From positions 39,370,001-39,434,000 of the forward strand of contig NC_043006.1 of the NCBI RefSeq assembly GCF_006345805.1: DNA of 64,000 bases. The letters are read 5' to 3'. This document shows positions 12,898-26,510 of this stretch, piece by piece. The DNA is from Octopus sinensis. Lineage: Eukaryota. The translations under genes and the position numbers were made by a program. How positions within the stretch are numbered: position 1 is the first letter of the stretch; each line of letters starts with the position of its first letter. Below the pieces are notes generated by a model. It was not told the origin of the DNA. It worked only from the letters and a program-made list of their open reading frames with translations, and made no database searches.

Positions 12898-14615
12898 TCA
12901 GCGACAGCTTTAGTCTTATATTTATGGACTGTCATATAAGTATGGCGATAACTATTAATATATATATATATGTATATATATATATATTATATGTGTGTGT
13001 GTGTATGCGTGTGCGTCTTTGTGGCTATATCTGTCCCCTATCAACGCTTGTTGGCCTATGCCCCCCCCCCTTTTTGGGTCCTCGTAAATTAGAGGTCCGG
13101 CAAAATAAGCGCCGAGCTTCAGATAAAAGCACTGGCGTTGATTCAATCCAGACGATTGCCCATGGTCGAGAATAACCGTTGACAGCTGTGCTGTGCTCAA
13201 CCGCAGACAGCCGTGGACAACTTGGGACAGCTTCAGACAGGAATGTTATTGCAATAAATGTCAATCTCCAAAATCCGACCCAGCCATCTTTTACTGCATT
13301 ATGTTATTCCTCAATGTCCAATTTCTTTCTTTTACTGAGTGCCGTCATTATACCAAACCATACTTCCTATAGAACTGCTCGCATTTACTCTTGCAGATGT
13401 CTCTATTTTCACTTTCCATAAGCAAACTGGGAATTTGGAATGTAGCCAAGATTTCCTGTCTCTCGCACTTACTTTCATTGCATTTCTTTCACGAGCAATT
13501 ACACAAACACACAGACTGATAAATACATACATTCATACATAGTTATATATACATAGTTACATACGCATAGATATCAAGATATACAGTTGCATAAATACAT
13601 AGATATTTACATATATATGTATATACACAAGTACATACGTATATACATATATATTCGTGTATATGTATGTATATATATGTATATATCTTATATGTACATA
13701 TGTATAAACGTAGATAAGCTTAGATATGTTTCGACCAAAGATTGGTGTCTAACTTAATAGCACCACCTGATAGTTTTGTGGTATCATGGTCCATTCAAGT
13801 AGTGAGTTCTTGTTGAGTGAGTTGTATCCAGGTATGGGTGGCTTATCTGGTATTCCTTGAAGAAATTTGTCCAGACGCAGTTTAAAAGTGATGCGGTCCT
13901 TTCCCACTTTAATCACTTTCGGGACAATGTTAAATAGTGCAGGGACTGTTGAGAAAAAGAAATTGTGTCGCAGTGTATCTATATGCTGTGAACGTGAATT
14001 GGGCAGGGGACGTATGGCCCGTGGTCCCAGCTTTCGATGAACCTTGAAGCTATTGTTCAAGTGGTTTGGGCAATGATGGCGGTATATTCTCTACATCGTG
14101 CAAATGATGTACCGTTCACAGCGATGCTGGAGAGAGTAGAGATTCAAGGCTTTAAGGTGGTCCCAGTAATCGGGATCAGTCATGCCCTTAATATATCTTA
14201 TAATCTATATATGTATGTAAATATATGTGTATAAGCTCCAAGAGGCCATCGCCTCTAGCTAGCTATATGACACACGAACTGCGTCCATTACAACCTTCGA
14301 ACAGGGGAGGTCAGCCGCTTCACCTTGCTAGTCAGACATCTGTAACTAGGTAAATAAAATCTTCGAACAGACGGTCAGTAGCGACACCTGCTGGGTCTGA
14401 CTACGCTGCATTGATAAAGGGCAACAACCCTGAAACATGTCTGCAGATGTCTGACTAGCAAGGTGAAGCGGCTGACCTCCCCTGTTCGAAGGTTGTAATG
14501 GACGCAGGTTCGTGTGTCATATTGCTAGCTAGAGGCGATAGCCTCTTGGAGCTAATCAGCGACAGCTTTAGTCTTATATTTATGGACTGTCATATAAGTA
14601 TGGCGATAACTATTA

Positions 14616-14661
<46 letters not shown>

Positions 14662-15413
14662 ATGCGTGTGCGTCTTTGTGGCTATATCTGTCCCCTATCA
14701 ACGCTTGTTGGCCTATGCCCCCCCCCCTTTTTGGGTCCTCGTAAATTAGAGGTCCGGCAAAATAAGCGCCGAGCTTCAGATAAAAGCACTGGCGTTGATT
14801 CAATCCAGACGATTGCCCATGGTCGAGAATAACCGTTGACAGCTGTGCTGTGCTCAACCGCAGACAGCCGTGGACAACTTGGGACAGCTTCAGACAGGAA
14901 TGTTATTGCAATAAATGTCAATCTCCAAAATCCGACCCAGCCATCTTTTACTGCATTATGTTATTCCTCAATGTCCAATTTCTTTCTTTTACTGAGTGCC
15001 GTCATTATACCAAACCATACTTCCTATAGAACTGCTCGCATTTACTCTTGCAGATGTCTCTATTTTCACTTTCCATAAGCAACTGGGAATTTGGAATGTA
15101 GCCAAGATTTCCTGTCTCTCGCACTTACTTTCATTGCATTTCTTTCACGAGCAATTACACAAACACACAGACTGATAAATACATACATTCATACATAGTT
15201 ATATATACATAGTTACATACGCATAGATATCAAGATATACAGTTGCATAAATACATAGATATTTACATATATATGTATATACACAAGTACATACGTATAT
15301 ACATATATATTCGTGTATATGTATGTAATATATATATGAATATATACATACATATATATACATACCTACACACACACACACATACACACACATACACACA
15401 CACACACACACAC

Positions 15414-15453
<40 letters not shown>

Positions 15454-15789
15454 ATATATATATATATATACATATGCATATATGGGTACAGGACGTCAAA
15501 AGAAACGTAAACAAAATGAAAAACGAGAACATAAAAAACAAAAGCATGGAAAACGAACTTTTTTTCGAACAAGAGAAACAAATAGAGAAACGAGACAGGC
15601 ATTATAAAGAACAATCCTTATTTTATCTACTCGTCATATATATATATATATTATATAATCGAACGCCACGCATCCGTTTACGCACACAGTAAATACAAGG
15701 CGCGGTGAGTAAACTGCCTAAATTATGCAAAATGAAAATAACACTTTTAACAGATATATTTCTGAGAATTACATAAAAATATCTTGAAA

Positions 15790-16460
15790 TTCTAAGGGGT
15801 AAGTTTATTCATTAACATCGCAATTGGCTTCAACCACAGTCGCCAGATGACTTCGGAACCTCCTGCTACTCTTCTGGACGATCTCCTTGATTAATTTGGT
15901 GAATGCTGCCATAATTCTTGCCTTCAGTTCATCTCTGGTGTTACAAGGAGTTTTGTTGGTCTCTCGCTGAACTGCGCCCCACACATACTAATCAAGGGCG
16001 TTGCAGTGGGGGGAGTTTGGTGGTCAGATGTTAGGGGTGATGTATTCGCAGAAATTGTTTGACAGCCACGACTGAGTTCTCCTGCTGGTGTGGCATGGTG
16101 CAGAGTCCTATTGCCAGACATAGGGTCTTCCAGCAGCCTCCCTCTTGACCCAGGGCAACACTCCCTCCTCCAGGCACATGATGTAGGTCTCCGTGTTGAG
16201 TATGAAGCCATGTGGAAAGATGAAAGGAGGCATAACCTCACCATCACTAGTAATCACTCCAAACACCATGATGTTGACTGGATGTTTGATCTTTATCACT
16301 CTCGGTACATGTCCTCAGATTAACACCCAAACGACTCTGATACGTTGGTACTGGAGCTTTGGAGGCAAACACCAAGCAGTACAGCTTGTCGTTTCCAAAT
16401 ATCTGGCAGAATGAATTGCGTCATGGTGTTGCTTTTCTCACAGACAGTGCCTAACTAACC
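15790..16460 (-). mobile_element. Tc1/mariner-superfamily transposase relic (DD37D/maT-like)
   Basis: Minus translation KHPVNIMVFGVITSDGEVMPPFIF...YVWQ*DSAPCHT...P.CNPLD*YVWGAVQRETNK; interrupted by stops and frameshifts. Confidence 0.75.
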
Positions 16461-16593
16461 CTACTATACTGTGTAGTCGAGAAAATCAAATCAATCAATG
16501 CACATGCGCGAAACTGAATATCTAAAATTACAACAGTTTACCCATCGTAACCTCTGTGTGTGTATGTGAGTATATATATATGTGTGTGTGTGG

Positions 16594-16659
<66 letters not shown>

Positions 16660-17089
16660 GATATGGATTCTATATACATATATGTATATCTATGTGCATA
16701 AATATATGTACACACACACACATGTATGTGTATACTCAATGCGAGGAAGAATCATTCCTTGTTCGTATATCGATTCCTAGATTTTTATGATTTGTGTGTT
16801 TCGATATTCTACAATAATAACTTGTCAGAGCAATCCGAAGAACATGAGAAATGCATGAAATTCTTTTCCCCACTCAGACACTCAATGTGCCATGGAGTCT
16901 TCTTGTCTGTCAGATATTAATGCTTATACAATATACATTATCTTTTCTGCACCCATGTTGTTTATTGTGGAGGATCATTTTTTTTTTCTTGTTTTAGTTA
17001 TTCTGTGTTGTTATTTAATTTTTTTGTTTCTTTGTCTTTTAACCTTAATTTTTCTTACTTACTTGTTGGACACACACACACAAGCGCGC

Positions 17090-17620
<531 letters not shown>

Positions 17621-18159
17621 ATTCATGAAATATATATTGTATGTGTATACTCAACATATATCTTACGTATACCTTACATATACACACGGACAGAAACACA
17701 TAAACACACACACACACACAGATACATATATATGTATATATAAATACACACATACATATATTCTATGTATATACAGAACATATATGTTGTACGTATATCT
17801 TACACATACACACTGATACAAACACATGCATAAACACACACGCACACATATATTGCTGCACACGGTGATGTTCCTCTGATATTTTAAAACAAGTACGTTA
17901 TCGATATACCATAATATATACGAGATAACAGCGCAGAGGAAAACATTACACAACATCACAATGCCAACACCAAGCTATGCTACATCATACTATAACATGC
18001 CATACCATACCACACCGAACTGTACCCCACCGCCTCATTCCGTATCGTATCATATCACATAACATAACACCACTAGTTGTAAACTGCATGCCGTACCGTA
18101 CCTTATACCTTACCCTATCGACTTGTTCTCTGCAGCAAACAAAAGCAGAAACCAATAAT

Positions 18160-18660
18160 AATAATAATAATAATAGGAGTAAAAATGTTGGACATGAAAA
18201 ATTGCTTCTGATAGTGTTATTAGGTCTACTGCTGTTGTTCCTATAATCCTGATGATCATGATCGCTATCATAATGGTGGTGAATGTGGTGGTGGTGGTGG
18301 TGGTGGTGGTGGTGGTGGTAGCGGTGACGACGTCAATGAATAAGATGGTGATGTTGGGTAAGGATGATGATGATGATGATGACGATAACGATGACACACA
18401 ACGACGACAACATCGACAATAATGAAGATGATGATCCCCATCATGATGTTGATAACTATGAATGTGGCATCGTTGAGTCTTCTTGATGGTGATGACTACG
18501 ACGAAGATGACAACGACGATGATTATAATGAAGATGATGAATGAGCTGTAGCCGTTCTCTTTGTTTGTATTGACGTTCATGATGATGACATCACTGATGT
18601 CATTGATAATTGTTATCTTAATGATGAAGATTATTATTGTTTTGATAATATTCCTAAACA
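18160..18660. repeat. Mosaic trinucleotide low-complexity tract (AAT/GGT/GAT/GAC)
   Basis: Direct inspection; explains the T/S/I-run ORF 18110-18661. Confidence 0.85.
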
Positions 18661-18935
18661 ATCCTAATTTTTATTACAATCGTGTATGAAGACGGTGTCA
18701 TGAACTATAATATATCCGCCAACAACACACTAGAAAGGACCAAGTATTGAGATCAAAACATTATCTCGCAGCACTTCCCTCTCTGTCATATGAACTGCAA
18801 ATTACGCCACTAATTTTCATACTACACATTTTCTGATACCAACGTCACCGGTAAAATCCTTGATCGTTACTGTCTTCGACTCGTAGGACGCATAAGACAA
18901 GTTTTACTCGGTTTCCTTGAGGTATAAGTGACCGA

Positions 18936-19381
18936 GATAAGGTGAGTCAAAAAGTAATGTCATTAATGACAGTATAATTACCAACACAGGAACATGTATT
19001 ATACATCAAAATGAAGCTGGTCCTCTGTGGATCACATCATATTTCTCCTCAACATATTTCTCTCAATAGCAATGTTCCACCTTCGAATGAAAGCATGTAT
19101 CCCTGCCCTGTATAATTCTGTTCACTGTTCTTTGAGCCACTTCTTCACTACAGTTTTCACTTCAGACTATCATTTCTTTGGCCCCATGATAGAGGGTCTG
19201 ATAGGCAAACCTTATTCCAGGGACAACGAAGTGAAAACTAGTGAAGAAGTGGCTCAAAGAACAGTCAACAGAATCGTTCGAAGGTGGAACATTGCTATTG
19301 AGAGAAACGGTGACTATGTTGAGGAGTAGGGATGTGATCCACAGAATACCAGCTTCATTTTGATGCATGATACATGTTCCT
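18936..19381. mobile_element. Second copy of the mariner fold-back derivative (right end truncated)
   Basis: Same terminus (aggtgagtcaaaaag...acaggaacatgta) and mariner C-terminal remnant (YHFFGPMIEGLIGKPYSRDNEVK...RWNIAIERNGDYVEE*) as 3016-3554. Confidence 0.75.
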
Positions 19382-20402
19382 AGAAGGGTCGCTAATTTTT
19401 TTGATATTGTCTTCTATTGCGCCGTTTTAAAATAGTTTTAAAACATTGTGGCGTTATTTTTCTGTCGGTGTTTATTTGTTATTCTCCCTGTCATTTGTCA
19501 CATCAACCTTTGGATTGGATTTTTTGCCTTACTTGAAGACATAAGTTTTTCTTGTTTTTCTTCGCGTTTTGTGACTACTTGAATTACTCTTAGATTTTTG
19601 TAGTTCTACACTCTGTCTATCACGAACCCATGGATTCATAAGGCCAGATCTTAACCCGGCTAGCATGGCGTATGACTGTGATTACAAAACTCATTTCTCC
19701 ATCAACGAAACGCCAGTCCTTCGCAGGATTGACTTCCCATCTGTTGCTGGATCTCGTTTACAGTCGAGTAGGCCGATGTAACGTAAAAGGATGTGCTTTA
19801 CTTAAGATCACAACACATCACTCTGTCCGGGAATCGAAACAATAATCTTACGATCGCGAGTAAGCTCTAGGCCACACGCGTTCCCAGTGTCCCCGACATT
19901 ACATCAATTTCATCCAAAATTAGCATTACAGCTTCTACATCATTATGACCGCTACCAATGTTACAAATACAGACTTCATTGCACTTTATAACACAGGAAT
20001 CGATTAACGAAAGCCTCGAATAACGTTCTAAGCATCATCATAACGATAACCAATGACACCAAGTTTCTATTAAATCCTGACCTCTGGCGGCAATAAAGAT
20101 AACTGAAATAAAGGCACATGGTCTCAAGTTTGACGAATGGGTTTATTCAATTATATCAACTGCAGTACCCAACTAGTATTTATTTATCGATCCCACAGAA
20201 AGAAAAAATCGACCTAAGTGTGTAAATGTATCCAACGAAAATGCTGCAGGGCATTTTATCGATTAAGCTGTCGATATTATCAATCTACCACTGTCAAGAT
20301 AATTAAATATTAGAAACGCCAGTTAAGCTAAATTATAATAAATATATGCGGTAAAAGAAAAATAAGGTTAAGTGATGACTAATGATATTTTACGAGAGAT
20401 AA

Positions 20403-20443
20403 TTCCAGGCATGTTTCGTTTTATTCAGAGCTCATCAGTAAAA
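20403..20443 (-). ncRNA. Degenerate hammerhead-like motif
   Basis: Minus strand: tttta-CTGATGA-gctctgaataaaac-GAAA-catg-CC-tggaa. Core intact, stem II poorly paired, U16.1 replaced by C. Confidence 0.3.
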
Positions 20444-20559
20444 ATACAGATACACAAAAACGACTGAAATATTAGCAATTAATTCAGAGAATATTTTTTT
20501 ATTGTTTATCGTTTAATTACTTCAGTTATTGGAATGGGGCCATGCTAAGGCACTGCCTT

Positions 20560-20900
20560 AAAGGGTTTGGTCAAGCAAATAATCAACTCCACTGCTCATT
20601 TTAAAGTTTTGCACGTATTGATTTATTGGACTCTTTTGCCGAAACGCTACGTTACATGAGCTTCAACAAAGCAGCATCGACTGTCAAGCGCTGTGAGGGA
20701 CACAAGCACAGTAACAAAGACACACACACATGTATTTATATACAGAACGGGTTTTCACATAGTTTCCGTCAACCAAATTCATCCACAAGACATTGGTCGC
20801 CACGGGGCTATAGTGGAAGATACTTGCCCAAGATACCATGTAGTGGGACTGAACCCAAAAGCACAAGGTCGCAAAGCGAGCTCCTTAACCACACAGCCGT
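20560..20900 (-). mobile_element. tRNA-derived composite SINE
   Basis: Reverse copy of the 2503-2905 family (gatacttgcccaagataccatgtagtgggactgaaccc...cacacagcc). Confidence 0.7.
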
Positions 20901-21024
20901 AAGTGCGTCTGAGGGACTATTGTTAGTAGTTTTCGAAAGTTATTAAATCTAACTTGAACTATTAAGCTTATCTTCCTCAAAGCAACCGTTAAAATAAACA
21001 AGCCAGAGATAGAAACAACAAGGA

Positions 21025-21400
21025 TATCTACAGCTCTATATTTAGGAAATGAGGAATTAGGTACATTATTTACATTTGTCGTATATTTGTCCTCATCTTG
21101 TTTGTTGTTAACACATCGTTTCGTCTGGTATACCCTCCAGCCTTCATCAGGTGTCTTGGGGAAATTTCGAACATGGGTTCTCATTCCTAAAGTATTTTTC
21201 GATGATGTTATTATTATTATTATCATTATTACTATTATTATTATTCAAGTCACTGACTGGAAACAAACTCGGAATCTTGGGGTTAGTAGCCCGCGCTCTT
21301 AACCACTATTCCATGGGCATATGGCGTAGTGGTTAAGAGCGCGGGCTACTAACCCCAAGATTCCGAGTTCGAATCCAGGCAGTGACCTGAATAATAATAA
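21025..21400. mobile_element. tRNA-headed, hammerhead-bearing SINE-like element (minus) fused head-to-head with a second tRNA-like head (plus)
   Basis: Plus head has A-box tggcgtagtgg (21322-21332) and B-box gagttcgaatcc (21365-21376). Its inverted copy (21249-21312) runs through (AAT)n into a body with acac-CTGATGA-aggctgg...ccagac-GAAA-cg-AT-gtgt (21111-21154, minus). Confidence 0.65.
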
Positions 21401-21980
21401 TATTTCAATCACGTGCTTTTCTACTTGCTGTAGTTTAAAGATATTAATTTGCTTCTGGCAGCATTAAACAAGTGACCTGGGACTAAACGCTCCTTACTAG
21501 GTTACACAATGTCGCAATGTGGACAACTCTGAACAAGATTTAGAAACCAAAACCTCTGAAAGGATATGAGCTGCTTCAAAACTAACGGTACCCGTACCTT
21601 GAGTTTAGTAGTACTAGTGGTACCATATCATTTGTACCAATAAGATTACCAAATCTAATGAAACACTTGAATGGCAGTTACCTTAGCATTTCTATACCGG
21701 ATCGTTTGCGGTGTGGAGTAATTCAAAATAGAGATGGGTGGAAAAGGCTGGTAGAGAAAATTTCATATGCTCCATCGTGAGAAATAAAATGGGAACGACT
21801 TCAGTTGATATTGTGTAGGAATCGTTGGAATTGTATGAGTTGTTATGTAGTTCTATGTTTTATTGAGTATTGCTAGTGGTAACAAGCGTGGGACGATAGG
21901 GCATAGCTGTTTTTGGCACGGGTGACTGAAATTGACTTGTTTTAGTGACTTTACGTTTCTGGCATTAGAAGTAGAGGAAG

Positions 21981-22020
<40 letters not shown>

Positions 22021-22165
22021 ACGCACATCACACAGACATACATATGCATACATACACATGTACATATGTACACACATTCGTGTGCACAGTATTATTTCTG
22101 CGTGGAGTGAGAAAGAGACATTACGCATACATACAAATATAACTAGATTTCGGCTTACATATATC

Positions 22166-22266
<101 letters not shown>

Positions 22267-22376
22267 GAGTGAGTGAAAGAGAGAGTGAGAGAGAGGGCGT
22301 GATTGATATGGGATGCCAGATATGTCAGTACCGAATCAGTAACGCCAAATGGGCAGCGCCAAACCACCGAAATAGT

Positions 22377-22458
<82 letters not shown>

Positions 22459-23162
22459 GTGCGTGATTAAAATATCTGATGTCATATATGCCAGTGCCGA
22501 ATCAGCGACGACAAACGAGCAACGCCAAAACGCTGAGAGAGTCATGCGTATGTGTGCGAGTGTTACGTTATTAAATGTTCCTTCGTATTTAAGTATTTGG
22601 AAGTGATTTTTTTTCATGGAATGAAGAAGAAGATACTGTAACGGTTGGAATATCCTGCTGCAGTAGACTGTGCCACTCGCTTCTCGATCTGGTCTCTCAT
22701 TTTTTTAAAAATAGTAACACTGTGGAGTCTTTTTCAACTACAGCCTTTTGCAATAATAAAGCCCCGTTATGTCAGACTCAGTGGATTTTGTTATCAGGCC
22801 CTTTCCTATCCAACGAAGGCATGCACTAAAACAGGGTTCCCAACTATTTTTTGTCTATGGACCCCTTTGATTATTACTATATTCTGGTGGACGCCCGTAG
22901 CCATTCAATAATTAAAAAATTAGTTTTATAGGAACTTCTTTCAAAATTCCTATTTTGTTATTCACACATTCACTTGTATAGGTTGAGCTATGTAAAATGT
23001 TAGAGAAAGAAACCTAGCTGTTTCTCTCTCTTTCTCTCTCTCTCTCTCTCCATATATATACACACATACATAAATATATAGGATGGCGAATATTTTTAGA
23101 AATTTCATTACCAGTGGCCTAGCATGTATAAAAAGTAAAAAGTCAATAGCATGTATAAGAAG

Positions 23163-23591
23163 TTAGCATGTATAATAATTATTAATGATGCTGTTGTGTA
23201 AGAGTTGTGTGTATTTGCTGTTATCTACCAGGTATAAGTTCTTGGTTTTATCCGAAAAAAGTGCTTTTTTCTTGGAGCTTTTTATATGATCAATATCTTT
23301 TTTCAATTTATGTTGGAAATTGTTAAAAGACTTACGAAACTTTATTTTGCTCATGATCTTCAGCAGGTCCGCTTCGAAATCTTCCAAGCCTTTAATCCTA
23401 GGAGGGAATTTTTTGGATTTTATCCGATAGCAAATGTTTTCCTTGGTGTTCGCTTCTGTGTCAAAAAAGAAAGCCTTCCATCTCATACGCTTAATTACAT
23501 CAGTAATTTTTTGCAGAAGTTTCTTAGAGTAAAAATCATTTGATGGGATCGGTATATTTTTCATAGAATAATCTATGTGATATGCGTCCAT
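23163..23591 (-). pseudogene. Inverted 5' part of a Naiad-like Penelope ORF
   Basis: KNIPIPS...IKRMRWKAFFF...FEADLLKIMSKIKFRK...SDKTKNLY is a PLE ORF N-terminus. Its 3' ~120 bp are duplicated in plus orientation at ~23685-23795. Confidence 0.8.
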
Positions 23592-23684
23592 ATTAGATTC
23601 TTTTGTTTGTGAGAGTCCTCAACCGATGTTAGGCGATAATCCCAAAAAGGTCGTATTAGCTCTTAGTTGAGAATAACGTCATAT

Positions 23685-25499
23685 AAAAAGCTCCAAGAAA
23701 AAAGCACTTTTTTCGGATAAAACCAAGAACTTATACCTGGTATATAACAGCAAATACACACAACTCTTACACAACAGCATCATTTATAATTATACTAAGG
23801 CTAGGGCACAGACATATAACGAAATTAATAAAGAAGCTAGCGTCATCGCCGCTAAACTTAAATTAGATAAAAAAATAGAAACTCTCCCCCAAAAAGAGGC
23901 CTTTATTACTATTAAAGACCACAAAGAAAACTTCCTTTCCAACCCTAAATGTAGGCTTATCAACCCAGCCAAGTCAGAACTAGGGATTATTAGCAAAGAA
24001 ATTTTAGATAAAATAAATACGAAAATTAAGACCGATACTAGGCTAGTGCAATGGTCCAATAGTATAGAAGTCGTAGACTGGTTTAAAGCTATTAAGAATA
24101 AGAAAAAAGCGAGGTTTACACAATTCGATATTGTTGATTTTTATGCCTCTATCTCTAAAGAACTGCTAGATAGAGCCCTAATCTTCGCTAGTGACTTCAT
24201 AGAAATTAGTACCAATGATAAGGATATAATCTTCCATGCTAGAAAGACATTACTTTTCAGTGAGAATGCAAAGTGGGTAAAAAACACCGACACGGAGGGC
24301 GCTTTCGATGTGAGCATGGGTTCATATGATGGGGCAGGCATCTGTGATCTAATTGGACTCTTTCTCCTAGATACCTTCGGTAAGACATTCCCTAACGTAC
24401 ATTTCGCCATCTACAAAGATGATGCCCTCGCCTTAACAGCTAATACAAATGGACCAGCACAAGATCGTTTTAGGAAGGATATTATCCAGTTAATGAAACA
24501 CTTCGGACTTAGTATAACTATAGACACTAACCTGACGGTTGTCAATTTCTTAGACGTTTCCTTAGATCTTAATAATATATTTATAAGCCTTATAGGAAGC
24601 CCAATGATAGACTAAGTTATATTAATGTAGGTTCATGCCATCCCCCTATAGTATTCAAAAATTTAGTTAAAAATATTAGTAAGAGGATTTCTAGCCTCTC
24701 ATCTAATGAGGACATCTTCAATAGCGTTGCCCCAGTTTATAATAAAGCTTTAAAAGATAGTGGTTTTAGCGAAAAAATAAAATATACACCTATCATCAGC
24801 CCAACAATAAGGAAAAGGAATAATAGAAATAGAAAGGTCATCTGGTTTACGCCCCCTTACTCACCCGAGGTGGCCTTCAATATAGGTAAATATTTCCTAG
24901 CACTGATAGATAGACATTTTCCAGTTAACCATGCTTATAGGAAACTCTTCAATAGACACAATTTAAAAATTAGTTTTAGTTCAACTACCAATTTTAAAAA
25001 CATAATCAATCATAACATACAAAAAACACAAGAAAACAGCTGTTCATGCAGGAATAAAGAATTGTGCCCGCTAAATGGAGCTTGCATGTCCAAGACCATC
25101 ATATATGAAGCTACCGTAAACTCTATAACCACTAAAGACACCGTTTCGACGAAGAAATACGTGGGCCTGACAGAGGGTAATTTCAAGGCCAGGTTCAATA
25201 ACCACACTTTGAGCTTTAGGCACTGGAACAAAAGAAAAGCGACACATTTATCCAATCATATTTGGTCTTTAAGAGATAAAGGTGTCGATTATAACATACA
25301 ATGGAAGATTTTGGCCAGATGTAAGCCCTATACTAACGGCAGCGGAAGGTGCGGTTTATGCGACATGGAGAGATGGCTTATCTGGAAAAGCAGCTTAGAC
25401 CCTACCACATGTCTAAATACAAGGACAGAGCTTTTCGGATCATGCCCACATGTGACTAAATTTCTGTTACGTTTTTGGTCCCCTAAAGAAAACGGATAG
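23685..25499 (+). pseudogene. Penelope-like element RT + GIY-YIG endonuclease ORF (Naiad-like), frameshifted
   Basis: AFITIKDHKENF.SNPKCRLINPAKSELG, FDIVDFYASIS, FDVSMGSYDGAGICDLIGLFLL, YKDDAL (RT catalytic DD), VNFLDVSLDL. Then CSC...C, IIYEATV...YVGLTEGNFKARFNNH (GIY-YIG), CGLC and RTELFGSCPH. Frameshifts near 23700-23760 and ~24590. Confidence 0.9.
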
Positions 25500-25683
25500 A
25501 ACATGCTTTCTGTGTTATGTCCCAAGAAGATTTTATATATTTTTATATATTTTTATGTATTTTTATATAATTTTTATGACGAAAAATGCGAGCGATGTAT
25601 AAGTACGCAGGCAAAGCAGAGTTATAACAGAGTAATTTCCCTTCATTTTTAACGGTATTTTTTCATAACGTTTTCAAATAGCC

Positions 25684-25746
25684 AGATAACCGAAGAGATG
25701 GTGTTGTGGATTTCCACTTCGGCATCTGAAACTCAGAGTTTTATCT
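25684..25746 (+). ncRNA. Hammerhead-like motif in the PLE 3' UTR/pLTR
   Basis: agataa-CCGAAGA-gatg...gtgga/tccac...catct-GAAA-ctcagag-TT-ttatct. Stem I 6 bp, near-palindromic stem III, U4->C core change. Confidence 0.65.
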
Positions 25747-26219
25747 TGACTACCGAGTAATGTAACATATTGTATAGATATATATATATATGTATATAAA
25801 TATATATATATTGGCCTGCTCGCTTAGGCAGCGGGGTGGCGTCATTTGAAGGCTAAAGCAATGCGAAGCGCATTGTGACCTTCGATGTGTAGTGTGTAGC
25901 AACATCTGATAGCCTGGTCGGTTACTGTGATATATATATACGAACAAAACGCCCCTCCCCCCACCGTCCAATGGAGGGTGCTGAATCATATCTGCTGAAT
26001 AAAACACAGTCAGTGATTTCTTTTCATTAAAAAATGATTAAGCATGCCTTTATTTCAATGAAATTTTTGGTTTTCTTAAACGAAGTTAAGGAAAAAAAAA
26101 CTTCTTGAGAAACCAAATAGTCTTTCTTTCCTTCATGCCAAATTTGAAGAAAATATCTCTTTTGCATCTTACTGTTTTGGTCTCTTAAAAATGCTGCATT
26201 TTGTGTCATTATTTCAAGC

Positions 26220-26510
26220 CAGCCGGATTTTTTGCGCAAGCGGCGCGTGCATTTTTCTCGCGAACGTGTAGTATCGATCGCAACAGCTGATGTACTTGCG
26301 CGTAAAAATGCACGTTTTTACAGCTTTATCGATCACATTCTCATCTGGAGTCGATTTTTGTAATTTTTTCAAGACTTATACACGCCCTAATACCGTCGGT
26401 ATCTACATAACAAATTTGAGCGCAATCGGATGGAAGATGCCCGAGATCCTAGAAGACACATACACAGACAGACAGAACGGATTTTATATTTTATATATAT
26501 ATAAAGCAAA
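26220..26510 (+). mobile_element. Possible non-autonomous Helitron/Helentron-like element
   Basis: 3' 'caaatttgagcgcaatcggatg...cacagacagacagaacggattttatat' resembles DINE-1/HINE-type ends; recognition by eye only. Confidence 0.35.

Larger units (their letters stand above)
12015..15326. repeat. Tandem duplication of a ~1658-bp unit (12015-13670 / 13674-15326)
   Basis: Near-identical copies; duplicated ORFs 12090/13749, 12378/14037 and 13179/14836 show offsets of 1657-1659. Confidence 0.95.

Noticed and set aside
18110-18661. 183-aa ORF with poly-T/poly-S runs resembling a mucin
   Set aside because: It coincides with a mosaic trinucleotide tract, and no splice or codon evidence supports it.
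22280-22540. Degenerate ~170-bp tandem duplication interleaved with (GA)n
   Set aside because: Real but ordinary microsatellite-associated local duplication with no further structure seen.
23640-23690. Possible HHR upstream of the inverted PLE start (minus strand; ctcaa...ttgag stem)
   Set aside because: Core too degenerate, with no GAAA.
24870-25499. Possible selenoprotein recoding, reported for some Naiad PLEs
   Set aside because: All Cys positions of the GIY-YIG zinc motifs are TGT/TGC, there is no in-frame TGA, and no SECIS was recognised.
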